NCBI GenBank assembly: GCA_046260515.1
Contig: JBHEPB010000041.1
Coordinates: 1-51,367 of the forward strand
Source: Candidatus Binatia bacterium
GTDB taxonomy: Bacteria; Desulfobacterota; Binatia; UBA1149; CAITLU01
DNA: 51,367 nucleotides
Direction: 5' to 3'
The notes beneath the pieces were generated by a model. That model worked only from the letters and a program-made list of their open reading frames with translations, was not told where the DNA came from and ran no database searches. Numbering within the stretch: position 1 is the first letter of the stretch; each line of letters opens with the position of its first letter. Both the position numbers and the translations under genes were made by a program. Shown here piece after piece: positions 36,874 through 44,674 of the stretch.

Positions 36874-38430
36874 TCAGTACCTCAGCTCGACGCCGAGCGA
36901 AGTGATGTGGCGGCTGTACTCGAAGGAAACCTTGTCCGAGTCGTTGCGGCGGTAAATGTAGGAGCCCGTGAGCCACACGTAGTCGGCCACGCGCTTCTCG
37001 ATCCGCGCCAGGATCTGGTGCTCGTCGTCGTCGCGGTTGAAGCTGGCGGCCGAGTAGTCCTCCAGCTTGTAGACGTAGGCGGCGTCCACTGCGAGATCCT
37101 CGTCGAAGGCCCAGCCCAGGCCGATCTCGAACTGGTGCCCGTGGTAGTTGTACTGCTTGCCGATCTCCACGTCGGCCAGGTCGGAGTCGAAGCGGTAGCC
37201 CACGAAGATGTTGCGGTCGCGCTCGCCGAGCGAGAAGAACTGCCTGGCGCCGGCGGCGTGGTTGTAGGAATCGCGAATCGGGTCGAAGGAGTTGGGCAGG
37301 AAGTCGCGGCGGCGCATGCGGTAGTAGAACTCGCTGCGGCCGAAAGCGCCCTCGTCCACGCTGATCCAGGGCAGCACCGTGCCGCCGTTGAGGAGGCTGT
37401 CCTCGTTCAGCAGGGAGTGCTCGTAGGCGGAGGTGACGCCGAAGGTGACGGGGCCGGCCAGGTAGCGCGCGGTGCCGCCTACCGTGTGGGTCTGCACGTC
37501 GAAGGCCTCGAGGTCGAAGTGGAGGCTCTGCAGGAAGTCGTAGCCGAGGGCCAGGTTGAAGGAGGGCATGGACACGACGGCGTAGCGTCCGCCGGCCGTC
37601 ATCACCGCGCGGCCGTCCGATTCCTCGCTGATGGCGTACACGTTCTGCGCGACGGCGTTGTCGTCGGGAGCCAGCGCCACGTTGCTGTCGTACTCGAGGG
37701 CGAGGCCGGCATAGAGGCGGTAGCGCCGCGCGCCGCCGTCGCCGATGCGGTCGAGGAAGGCCGAAGCCTCGCGGGCGTAAGGACTGTCGCCGCCCTGGGT
37801 GCTCACCCACGTGAACTGCTCGACGGCGGCGTCCACGTCGCCGGCTCGCCAGGCCGCGAGGCCCTGGTAGTAGCGCGCCGGCAGGGCCCGGGTCGCATCC
37901 ATGTTCTCCACCTTGGCCAGCGCGGCGCGCGCGGCTTCGTTGTTGCCGCGGCGGCTCTCGACGATGCCGAGCAGCATGGTCGCCTCGGCTGCGCTGCGGC
38001 CCTTCTGCGAGGCGATCTCCAGCTCGGCGGCAGCCGCGTCGTAGCGCTCCAGGCGGTAGAGGGCGTAGCCGAGTTCGAGGCGATCCCTCTCGATGGACGG
38101 GTCGTTCGCCGCCACCACCTTCCTCAGGTCGGTCACGGCCTCTTCGAAGCGGCCGGCGTGGCCGTAGCCGAGGGCGCGGTAGTAGAGGCTGCGGACATCC
38201 GCGGGGTCGGCGATCACGGCCTGCTCGAACAGCGCCAGCGCGGCGTCCGTGCGTCCGGCGTGGAGCTCGGCGATGCCTTTGGTGTAGAGGCGCTCGGAGC
38301 GGCCGCGTTCGGTGGCGCCGGCGGATGTCGCCATCACGCAGGCGAGCAGCATGGCCGTGGCCAGCAGCACGCGGCTTCGGGTCGAGTGCGAAAACGAGGC
38401 CGGGGACTTGTCACGCTTCAGAGGGGACAT
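36874..38430 (-). CDS. TPR-repeat protein fused to an outer-membrane beta-barrel-like C-terminal domain
   Basis: ATG 38430 is preceded by GAGGAG. The signal peptide is RVLLATAMLLACVMATSAGA. TPR helices follow. The C-terminal half shows alternating-pattern strands (YAGLALEYDSN, GYRFDSD, LTGSYIYRRNDS) and ends LGVELRY with a terminal aromatic residue. The track ORF to 39879 is an out-of-frame extension. Confidence 0.8.
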   Translation of the reverse strand: MSPLKRDKSPASFSHSTRSRVLLATAMLLACVMATSAGATERGRSERLYTKGIAELHAGRTDAALALFEQAVIADPADVRSLYYRALGYGHAGRFEEAVTDLRKVVAANDPSIERDRLELGYALYRLERYDAAAAELEIASQKGRSAAEATMLLGIVESRRGNNEAARAALAKVENMDATRALPARYYQGLAAWRAGDVDAAVEQFTWVSTQGGDSPYAREASAFLDRIGDGGARRYRLYAGLALEYDSNVALAPDDNAVAQNVYAISEESDGRAVMTAGGRYAVVSMPSFNLALGYDFLQSLHFDLEAFDVQTHTVGGTARYLAGPVTFGVTSAYEHSLLNEDSLLNGGTVLPWISVDEGAFGRSEFYYRMRRRDFLPNSFDPIRDSYNHAAGARQFFSLGERDRNIFVGYRFDSDLADVEIGKQYNYHGHQFEIGLGWAFDEDLAVDAAYVYKLEDYSAASFNRDDDEHQILARIEKRVADYVWLTGSYIYRRNDSDKVSFEYSRHITSLGVELRY

Positions 38431-39803
38431 GGGGTCTCCTCGACCACGACGGTCGCATTGGCAGGCGAAAGGTCGGGGGCCGTGGCCTCGGTCACCTGGA
38501 TCACCACGTTGGTAAGGTCGAGGGGCGCCACCTGCCGGAACTCGCACTGGGCCAGGCCCGTCGGTCCCGAGAAGGTCTCGGCGCTGACGATCGCTGTGGT
38601 GAGGGTGCCCTGGTCGTCGTCGTTGAACGAGGCCAGCGTGGAGTTGGGATTGGTTTCGAGCAGGTTGAAGCAGGAGACGTCCTCGCCGCTTCCCGGGAAC
38701 TCGCCGTCGCTGTTGCCGTAGCCGACGTCGTAGGAGATGCCCACGAGATCGACGGCGTTCGTCACGGAGAACTTCACGCAGAAGGAAGCGGGGAAGCCGA
38801 GCGTGGTGGTCGTCGTGTCGATGGTGGTGGTCGTGGACGAAGACGTGGTGGTGTCGATGGTATTGGTGGTGGTGGTTGTCGTCGCACCCGGCGGGACGTT
38901 GAAGGTCGTGTTCGACTCCATGTCGCGAGGGGTTGACGCGAGGTTGCTCGCCCGGATGCGAAGCTGGGCCAGGCCCTCGGGAATCACCTGCGGGGAGACC
39001 GACGTGACGAGGAGCCCCTGCACCTCGAGCTCGCCGTCCTCGCTGCAGTCGGGAAGTTCGGCGTCGCCGTCGCGGCACTCTTCGCTGGTCAGGATGTCGG
39101 CCTGGACCGTCACCGGTTCGTTGCGGATGCGGATGCCCAGGTCGGCATCGACCGGGTGGTTGGCGTCCACCACCGCAAAGCTCACTGTGGGAGTCGCGCT
39201 GTCGGCCGCGCCGCCGTCCTCGGGGTCGAGGTCGAGGAGGAAGGGCAGCGAGTGCACGTCCACGTTCACGATGTTCTGGAAGCCGGGGACCACGTCCACC
39301 GGGATTTCCTCGCTGCCGAAGCTGGGCAGCGTGTTCTGGGCGCCGCTGCAGGGCGATCCCTCGCCGGGAGGACGGGTCGCGCAGGTGGCCGAAACACCCG
39401 CCGACGGCGCGAACTGCGTGGGGAAGCCGTGGACTTCGAGACTGCCGAGGCCGGGGGACACGTTGGCCAGCAGGATGCGACGGTCCTCGAAGGGCTGGCT
39501 GCCGCGCTTCACGACGAGGCAGCAGGGCGGGGCCGCTTCCGGCCTCAGGATGAAACGAATGGCGCTGACCGAGGGAGGGATGGGCGTGTCGAAGGCGGCC
39601 GCCGGCAGGCCGTCGCCGGCCGTCGAAGCAGCGGCGCCCGCCTGCTGCTCCCAGGCCACGCGGAAGGCGACGTCGCCCCCGGATGTCACGGCGCCCGAGT
39701 CTCCGCCCCCGCCGCATCCGGCGGAAAGAGCGGTGACGGCCGCTGCGGCCAGGGCCCTCGCAAGGTTCGAACGTGACCGGCTTCGCTGTGTTTGGATCAC
39801 CAT
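38418..39803 (-). CDS. lipoprotein of unknown function with an internal poly-Thr linker
   Basis: Lipobox VTALSAGC followed by GGGGDSG. The linker is PPGATTTTTTNTIDTTTSSSTTTTIDTTTTTLGFP. A Cys-containing C-terminal domain of about 125 aa follows. The stop overlaps the downstream start by 13 nt. Confidence 0.75.
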   Translation of the reverse strand: MVIQTQRSRSRSNLARALAAAAVTALSAGCGGGGDSGAVTSGGDVAFRVAWEQQAGAAASTAGDGLPAAAFDTPIPPSVSAIRFILRPEAAPPCCLVVKRGSQPFEDRRILLANVSPGLGSLEVHGFPTQFAPSAGVSATCATRPPGEGSPCSGAQNTLPSFGSEEIPVDVVPGFQNIVNVDVHSLPFLLDLDPEDGGAADSATPTVSFAVVDANHPVDADLGIRIRNEPVTVQADILTSEECRDGDAELPDCSEDGELEVQGLLVTSVSPQVIPEGLAQLRIRASNLASTPRDMESNTTFNVPPGATTTTTTNTIDTTTSSSTTTTIDTTTTTLGFPASFCVKFSVTNAVDLVGISYDVGYGNSDGEFPGSGEDVSCFNLLETNPNSTLASFNDDDQGTLTTAIVSAETFSGPTGLAQCEFRQVAPLDLTNVVIQVTEATAPDLSPANATVVVEETPCPL

Positions 39804-40288
39804 GAATTGTCCGCGTGCTGGTGGAGAACGGAAGCTCGAAACCGCCGGAAGCTATACGAACTCGGCCATCGCTACACAAGCGATTCCGGCTGCGCCCGGC
39901 GGGCCGGGGGTGCGACCCTTCCTGACGACAGGCTGAGGCCTCGAGGGATGTGGGAACGAGATCTCCGGGGCGTCACCGGAACAGGCGAACCAACGGGTCG
40001 AGTACAGGCGCTCGAAAGAGATTGACCCGATCCACTGCGTCCGCACCCGGCCCGGTTCGAGATGTGGTGCGACGGCGGAGGCTTCTCGCCGAAGCGGACA
40101 CGGTCGGCGAGAGCCCGCTGCGAGCGGGCGACAGTCCGCTACCTGAGTATGGGGTGGGCACTTCCGATTGGAGGCGGCGCCCCGCAAGGCCGATGCGGCG
40201 GTCCCAGGTCGCGGCACCAGATGAGGTCGCCCGGTTGCGTCCTTTGATAGCCGGCGTCGCCTGCCGGATTGAGCCATTTGGGTATATG

Positions 40289-40327
40289 ACCATGAAAATC
40301 TAAGTTGAGATTTTGGATTTTCATGGT
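40289..40327. promoter_or_regulatory. 12-bp perfect inverted repeat in an AT-rich patch just upstream of the AAA ATPase gene
   Basis: ACCATGAAAATC (40289-40300) and GATTTTCATGGT (40316-40327), separated by 15 nt. A TATAT stretch lies at 40283-40287. The ATG of the next gene is at 40339. Confidence 0.4.
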
Positions 40328-40338
40328 AGCTGCCCCCC

Positions 40339-41511
40339 ATGATGATTGCCCGCGACCGACTGTCGGCTGTTCTGCGGGATGCGCTCGAGCGTCGTCCTGT
40401 GGTGGTCCTGACCGGACCTCGCCAGTGCGGAAAGACAACGCTGGCCCGACAGGTGCTCGGCGCGCCCGCTCCCACCTATTTCGACCTGGAGGATCCGCGT
40501 TCCCGTGCGCTCTTCGACGAGCCCATGACGGCTCTCGAATCCCTTACGGGTCTCGTCGTGATCGACCAGGTGCAAAGGGCGCCCGACCTCTTTCCGATCC
40601 TGCGTGTGCTCGCCGACCGTCGTCCGCTGCCCGCGCGCTTCCTCATCCTGGGCAGTGCGTCGGGATCGCTGCTGCGCCAGAGCTCCGAGAGCCTCGCCGG
40701 TCGCGTGGAGTATCTGCGCATGGGGGGGGTCGCCCTCGATGAAGTCGATTTCGGACGAGTGGACCATCTTTGGCAGCGCGGCGGCTTCCCGGAGAGCCTG
40801 CTGGCGCCTGACGAGAGCGACTCCATTCGCTGGCGGCGGAATTTCATCGACACGCTCGTCGAGCGGGACCTGCCGCAGTGGGGCGTGCAGGTGTCCACCA
40901 CCGCGATGCGCCGATTCTGGACGATGGTGGCCCACTACCACGGCCAGATCTGGAAGAACGCCGATCCGGCGCGCGCCCTCGGGGTGAGTGAACCCACCGT
41001 GCGCCGTTATCTCGACCTGCTCACCGACGCTTTGGTCCTGCGTCAGTTGCAGCCGTGGCACGCCAACCTGCGCAAGAGGCAGGTCAAGTCTCCCAAGGTC
41101 TACGTGCGCGACACGGGGTTGTTGCACGAGCTGCTCGGCATCGCGGACCAGGATGAACTGCTGCACCACCCGAAACTCGGCTCGTCGTGGGAAGGGTTCG
41201 CCATCGAACAGGTCCTCGCCACGGAACCGCATACCGACGCATCGTTTTGGGCCACCCACCAGGGCGCCGAGATCGACCTGCTCCTCCAGCGCCGCGGCAA
41301 GCTGTTCGGAGTGGAGTGCAAAAGGGTCGATGCGCCGCGCATGACCCCGTCAATGCGCATCGCGCTCGACGACCTGGGGCTGGAGCGCATTGCCGTGATC
41401 TATCCGGGGACCAGGCGCTACGCCCTGGCGGATCGGGTGGAGGCGGTGCCGTTGGCGACACTGGCCACGCCGGGGCGATTGTTCGGGGAACCGGATGGAG
41501 AGGGGCATTGA
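40339..41511 (+). CDS. AAA+ ATPase with a C-terminal DUF4143-type domain
   Basis: Walker A VVVLTGPRQCGKTTLA. It also has VVIDQVQRAPDLF, PKVYVRDTGLLH and EIDLLL, typical of the AAA_14/DUF4143 architecture. Confidence 0.8.
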   Translation: MMIARDRLSAVLRDALERRPVVVLTGPRQCGKTTLARQVLGAPAPTYFDLEDPRSRALFDEPMTALESLTGLVVIDQVQRAPDLFPILRVLADRRPLPARFLILGSASGSLLRQSSESLAGRVEYLRMGGVALDEVDFGRVDHLWQRGGFPESLLAPDESDSIRWRRNFIDTLVERDLPQWGVQVSTTAMRRFWTMVAHYHGQIWKNADPARALGVSEPTVRRYLDLLTDALVLRQLQPWHANLRKRQVKSPKVYVRDTGLLHELLGIADQDELLHHPKLGSSWEGFAIEQVLATEPHTDASFWATHQGAEIDLLLQRRGKLFGVECKRVDAPRMTPSMRIALDDLGLERIAVIYPGTRRYALADRVEAVPLATLATPGRLFGEPDGEGH

Positions 41512-41638
41512 CCGATGCCGCTCGCGGTGCGGCGTGCCACCCGGGCACGACCTGCCGATCGGCTCGCGGATGCTCGAAAATCAGGACGTTCGCGTCCACC
41601 GCGATGCCGACCGAAGCCCTTGCCGGGCGCGGCCAAAA

Positions 41639-41658
41639 GTATATCATCGGGTATATCA
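41639..41658. promoter_or_regulatory. direct repeat GTATATCA x2 (12-nt spacing) upstream of the antitoxin gene; candidate promoter or operator
   Basis: GTATATCA occurs at 41639-41646 and at 41651-41658. AAGGAG and ATG 41669 follow immediately. Confidence 0.35.
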
Positions 41659-41668
41659 AGGAGTTTAT

Positions 41669-41908
41669 ATGGGAAAGCCGTTGATGCTGCAGCAGGCTGA
41701 CGACGATCGGATCGAGGCGCTCAAACGAAGGCTCAAGGCCCCGACCAAGATCGCCGTCGTCCGTTCCGCCCTCGATCTTCTCGAAGAAAAGGCCGCGCGC
41801 GACGCACGCGTCGTCAGGTGGCGCAGGGCGGTCAAGGTCGTCGCGGCCGAGAGCCGCAAGGTGCAGAAGGAATTCGCGGCTCACAGTCCTCTCCACGAGA
41901 TCGAGTAG
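41669..41908 (+). CDS. antitoxin (ribbon-helix-helix-like) of the MazF/PemK toxin
   Basis: AAGGAG RBS. The 79-aa product reads MGKPLMLQQADDDRIEALKRRLKAPTKIAVVRSALDLLEE. It lies directly upstream of the toxin gene. Confidence 0.7.
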   Translation: MGKPLMLQQADDDRIEALKRRLKAPTKIAVVRSALDLLEEKAARDARVVRWRRAVKVVAAESRKVQKEFAAHSPLHEIE

Positions 41909-41913
41909 ACCGC

Positions 41914-42261
41914 GTGCCGGTTCCGCAACAGTGGCATGTCTACGTCGTTGATCTCGCGCCCCGTGTAGGCACGAAGCCGGGCAAGCAGCGTCCCTGCCTG
42001 GCGATTCAGCCGCAGGAGTTCGCGGAGGCCGGCCTGAACAGCTCCGTTGTACTTCCGATCACGAGCAGGGTCGCTGCGGATGCAGCTCCGTTACGAGTGC
42101 GCCTGCCCGCGGGTACCTGCGGACTCTCCGCCGAGAGCGATGTGATGATCGACCAGGTCCTGGCGTGGAGCAACGATCGGTTTCGCAAAGACCTGGGCCC
42201 CTTGCCGGCTGCGTTGCGCGTAGAGGTCCGGGAGGCGTTGCAAGAGTTTCTGGACCTCTGA
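41914..42261 (+). CDS. type II toxin, MazF/PemK family endoribonuclease
   Basis: GTG 41914 gives VPVPQQWHVYVVDLAPRVGTKPGKQRPCLAIQP...VVLPITSR...SDVMIDQV, the typical PemK pattern. Confidence 0.8.
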   Translation: MPVPQQWHVYVVDLAPRVGTKPGKQRPCLAIQPQEFAEAGLNSSVVLPITSRVAADAAPLRVRLPAGTCGLSAESDVMIDQVLAWSNDRFRKDLGPLPAALRVEVREALQEFLDL

Positions 42262-42431
42262 GGCGTAGCGCATCCACAGTCGCCCCCGGAGCTGACCCCA
42301 GTCCTCCCAAGGACAAGCGGCACTGGAGGGGGGAGACCTCCCAGGGGCCGGGTACCGGGCCGGGCAAGTTCAACTATCCTGTTAATATTCAAGCAGTTAG
42401 TGGATGTACGCTCCTGGCATTCGACTGGGCT

Positions 42432-42516
42432 TGCGGAGAATGATGGGCCTATTCTCCGCAAGTAGTGCGAAGAATTCTTGTCGCTCTGCGGAGAATAGAG
42501 GCTACAATCTCCGCAG
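42432..42516. promoter_or_regulatory. two palindromes sharing a GCGGAGA core upstream of fic
   Basis: TGCGGAGAAT (42432-42441) pairs with ATTCTCCGCA (42451-42460). CTGCGGAGA (42486-42494) pairs with TCTCCGCAG (42508-42516). The second overlaps the RBS region of the fic gene. Confidence 0.4.
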
Positions 42517-42528
42517 GAGGTGCGGATA

Positions 42529-43635
42529 ATGTACATTCACCAGTCCCCAGACTGGCCGAAGTTCCGCTGGGACAAAGACCAGCTTGCCGAGCCACTGGCG
42601 GACGTTCGCCATCGGCAAGGGCGGTTGATCGGCCGTATGGAAGCCTTGGGCTTCGGTCTTCGCGAGGAAGCCGTCCTTCGCACGCTCACCGACGATGTCC
42701 TGAAGACCAGTGAGATCGAGGGCGAAAAACTGGATTCCGAACAGGTTCGCTCCTCTATCGCGCGCCGCCTCGGCATGGACATCGGCGCCCTGACCCCGGC
42801 CGATCGCAACGTCGAAGGGATCGTCGAGATGATGCTCGACGCAACCCGGGACCACGATCAGCCGCTGACGGCGGAGCGCCTGTTCTCATGGCACGCCGCA
42901 CTGTTCCCGACAGGGCGCAGCGGAATGACCAGGATTACGGTGGGAGCATGGCGGGACGACAGCACCGGCCCGCTGACCGTGGTCTCTGGTCCGATCTCAA
43001 AAGAGAAGGTGCGCTATGAGGCCCCGAGAGCGGCACGTGTTGATGGCGAGATGCGCGCCTTTCTTCGATGGTTCAACGCCGCGTCGGAGAGCGATCCCGT
43101 CCTACGCGCCGCCTTGGCGCACTTCTGGTACGTGACGATTCACGCGTTCGACGACGGCAATGGCAGAATTGCGCGCGCCATCGCCGACATGCTTCTCGCG
43201 CGTTCGGAGCAGAGTCCCCACCGCTTTTACAGCATGTCGGCCCAGATTCGGACCGAACGTTCAGACTACTACAACATCCTGGAACGTACCCAGAAAGGGA
43301 CGCTCGACATCACGCCATGGATGGGCTGGTTTCTTGGCTGCCTTGGTCGTGCCATCGACGGGGCGCAATCGACGCTGAGTGCCGTTCTTGTCAAGGCGCG
43401 ATTCTGGGAGCGTCACCAGCGCGTTTCGCTGAATGACCGGCAGCGCCTCGTCCTGAACCGCTTGTTGAGCGGCTTCGAAGGAAAGCTCACCAGTACGAAG
43501 TACGCGCTGCTCGCGAAATGCTCACAAGACACCGCCGGCCGCGACATTCACGCGCTCGTTGAGCAGGATATCCTCGTCCGCAGTGCATCGGGAGGGCGTA
43601 GCACGAGCTACGATCTCGTGCTCGACGCGGTGTAG
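42529..43635 (+). CDS. Fic family protein (DUF4172 N-terminus, Fic core, C-terminal winged-helix-like region)
   Basis: MYIHQSPDWPKFRW start. The Fic motif is HAFDDGNGRIARA. An upstream TSEIEG matches the [S/T]xxxE[G/N] inhibitory helix motif. GGAGG RBS. Confidence 0.85.
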   Translation: MYIHQSPDWPKFRWDKDQLAEPLADVRHRQGRLIGRMEALGFGLREEAVLRTLTDDVLKTSEIEGEKLDSEQVRSSIARRLGMDIGALTPADRNVEGIVEMMLDATRDHDQPLTAERLFSWHAALFPTGRSGMTRITVGAWRDDSTGPLTVVSGPISKEKVRYEAPRAARVDGEMRAFLRWFNAASESDPVLRAALAHFWYVTIHAFDDGNGRIARAIADMLLARSEQSPHRFYSMSAQIRTERSDYYNILERTQKGTLDITPWMGWFLGCLGRAIDGAQSTLSAVLVKARFWERHQRVSLNDRQRLVLNRLLSGFEGKLTSTKYALLAKCSQDTAGRDIHALVEQDILVRSASGGRSTSYDLVLDAV

Positions 43636-43665
43636 GCATCTCTTTCGCTGTGGTGTGCCGATGCC

Positions 43666-44135
43666 TTAGTCTTCGTAGGCCGGCGCGCGTCCGTCGCGCC
43701 GGGCCCGGATGGCCTCATCGAGGTTCTGCGTCGTCATCCGCACCAGGAGCTGGTTGCGGTTCTCCAGGTCGATGGCGGCCTTCAGGCTGCCGGCCTCCAG
43801 GTTGGACCACAGCACTTCCTTGGTCATGGCGAGGCCGTGGGCGCTGAAACCGCACATGCGTCCGGCCAGTTCGAGGGCCGCGGGCAGGAGGTCGCCGTCG
43901 TCGACCGCGCGTGAGACGAGGCCGATGGCGGCGGCCTCCTCGGCGTCCACCTCGCGCCCGGACAGGATGATCTCGTTCGCGCGTGACGCGCCGATCAGGC
44001 GAGGCAGAAGAAAGCTCACCCCACGCCGCGAAACGTTGCCGACCTCGCGGCAATGCGGATGTCGGCCCCCAGCGTCAGGCACATGCCACCCCCGTACGCC
44101 GGGCCGTTCAGCGCCGCGAGGAGAGGCTGGGCACA
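43666..44135 (-). pseudogene. 5'-truncated, frameshifted copy of the 3' part of the enoyl-CoA hydratase gene found at 47409-48245
   Basis: Hand translation gives AQPLLAALNGPAYGGGMCLTLGADIRIAARSATFRGV. A deletion of about 36 nt and a frameshift follow, then VSFLLPRLIGASRANEIILSGREVDA...DEAIRARRDGRAPAYED. It aligns with the intact paralogue (PQPLIAAINGPSYGGGMCLPLGADIRIAARSATFRGAGINNGLTGTECGVSFLLPRLIG...). Nucleotide identity is roughly four-fifths by eye. Confidence 0.8.
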
Positions 44136-44137
44136 CG

Positions 44138-44674
44138 TTGCCATTTTGCCACCTGACCTTGAGGGCCGAAAAACCTAAAGATTCTCGATACCCGAAGGAA
44201 CTCAGGACGATTGGCGACCGGCTCAAGCAGCGCCGGCTCGACCTCGGCGTCCGGCAGCAGGACGTGGCTGCGAAGCTCGGTGTGTCGTCGTCTACCGTAC
44301 GAGACTGGGAACTGGGTCACAAAACGCCCAAGCTCCAGCACCGGCCGACTCTCCACGCATTCCTTGACGAGGAGCCGCCAAGGGAGATCGCGACGACGTT
44401 TCCTGAGGGCCTTCGGGCCGCCCGTCGGGCAATGGGGCTCAGCCGGAGACGCCTCGCGGGACTCGTCCGGTTCGGTTGCCCGGACACAATTGCCGATTGG
44501 GAGCATGGGATCCGCATGCCGATGCCGAGGCACCTGGAGCGCCTCAAGCTGTTCTTCGAGACGGCGGGTCGGTCGCTCGAATTCGTCGATGTGGCAGTGG
44601 AGGAGTCCTCCGCCCGCCGATCTGAGGGTACGTCGAGGGCGTGGGCGACGAGACGCGCGAGGCGCCGGATCTAG
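44138..44674 (+). CDS. XRE-family regulator with two helix-turn-helix modules
   Basis: The two modules are LRTIGDRLKQRRLDLGVRQQDVAAKLGVSSSTVRDWELG and LRAARRAMGLSRRRLAGLVRFGCPDTIADWEHG. No ATG or GTG start is available. TTG 44138 lies after GAGGAGAGG, and TTG 44159 is the alternative. The upstream part of track ORF 43709-44674 is antisense to the pseudogene. Confidence 0.6.
   Translation: MPFCHLTLRAEKPKDSRYPKELRTIGDRLKQRRLDLGVRQQDVAAKLGVSSSTVRDWELGHKTPKLQHRPTLHAFLDEEPPREIATTFPEGLRAARRAMGLSRRRLAGLVRFGCPDTIADWEHGIRMPMPRHLERLKLFFETAGRSLEFVDVAVEESSARRSEGTSRAWATRRARRRI

Noticed and set aside
36547-38721. 724-aa plus-strand ORF
   Set aside because: It is antisense to the FecR and TPR/OM-barrel genes. 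Its translation is a low-complexity shadow rich in Val, Ala, Gly and Arg.
38431-39879. Upstream 480 aa of track ORF 36874-39879 (1001 aa)
   Set aside because: This part is the same strand as the lipoprotein gene but in a different frame, and it is Arg/Gly/Pro-rich. The real TPR/barrel protein starts at ATG 38430, which has an RBS and a signal peptide.
40040-40075. GGTTCGAG string considered as a tRNA T-loop, with a possible att site
   Set aside because: The flanking bases do not form a T-stem. No acceptor, D or anticodon arms could be folded on either strand.
43709-44137. Upstream part of track ORF 43709-44674
   Set aside because: It is antisense to the hydratase pseudogene. Only the distal part has HTH motifs, so the gene must start at an internal TTG.
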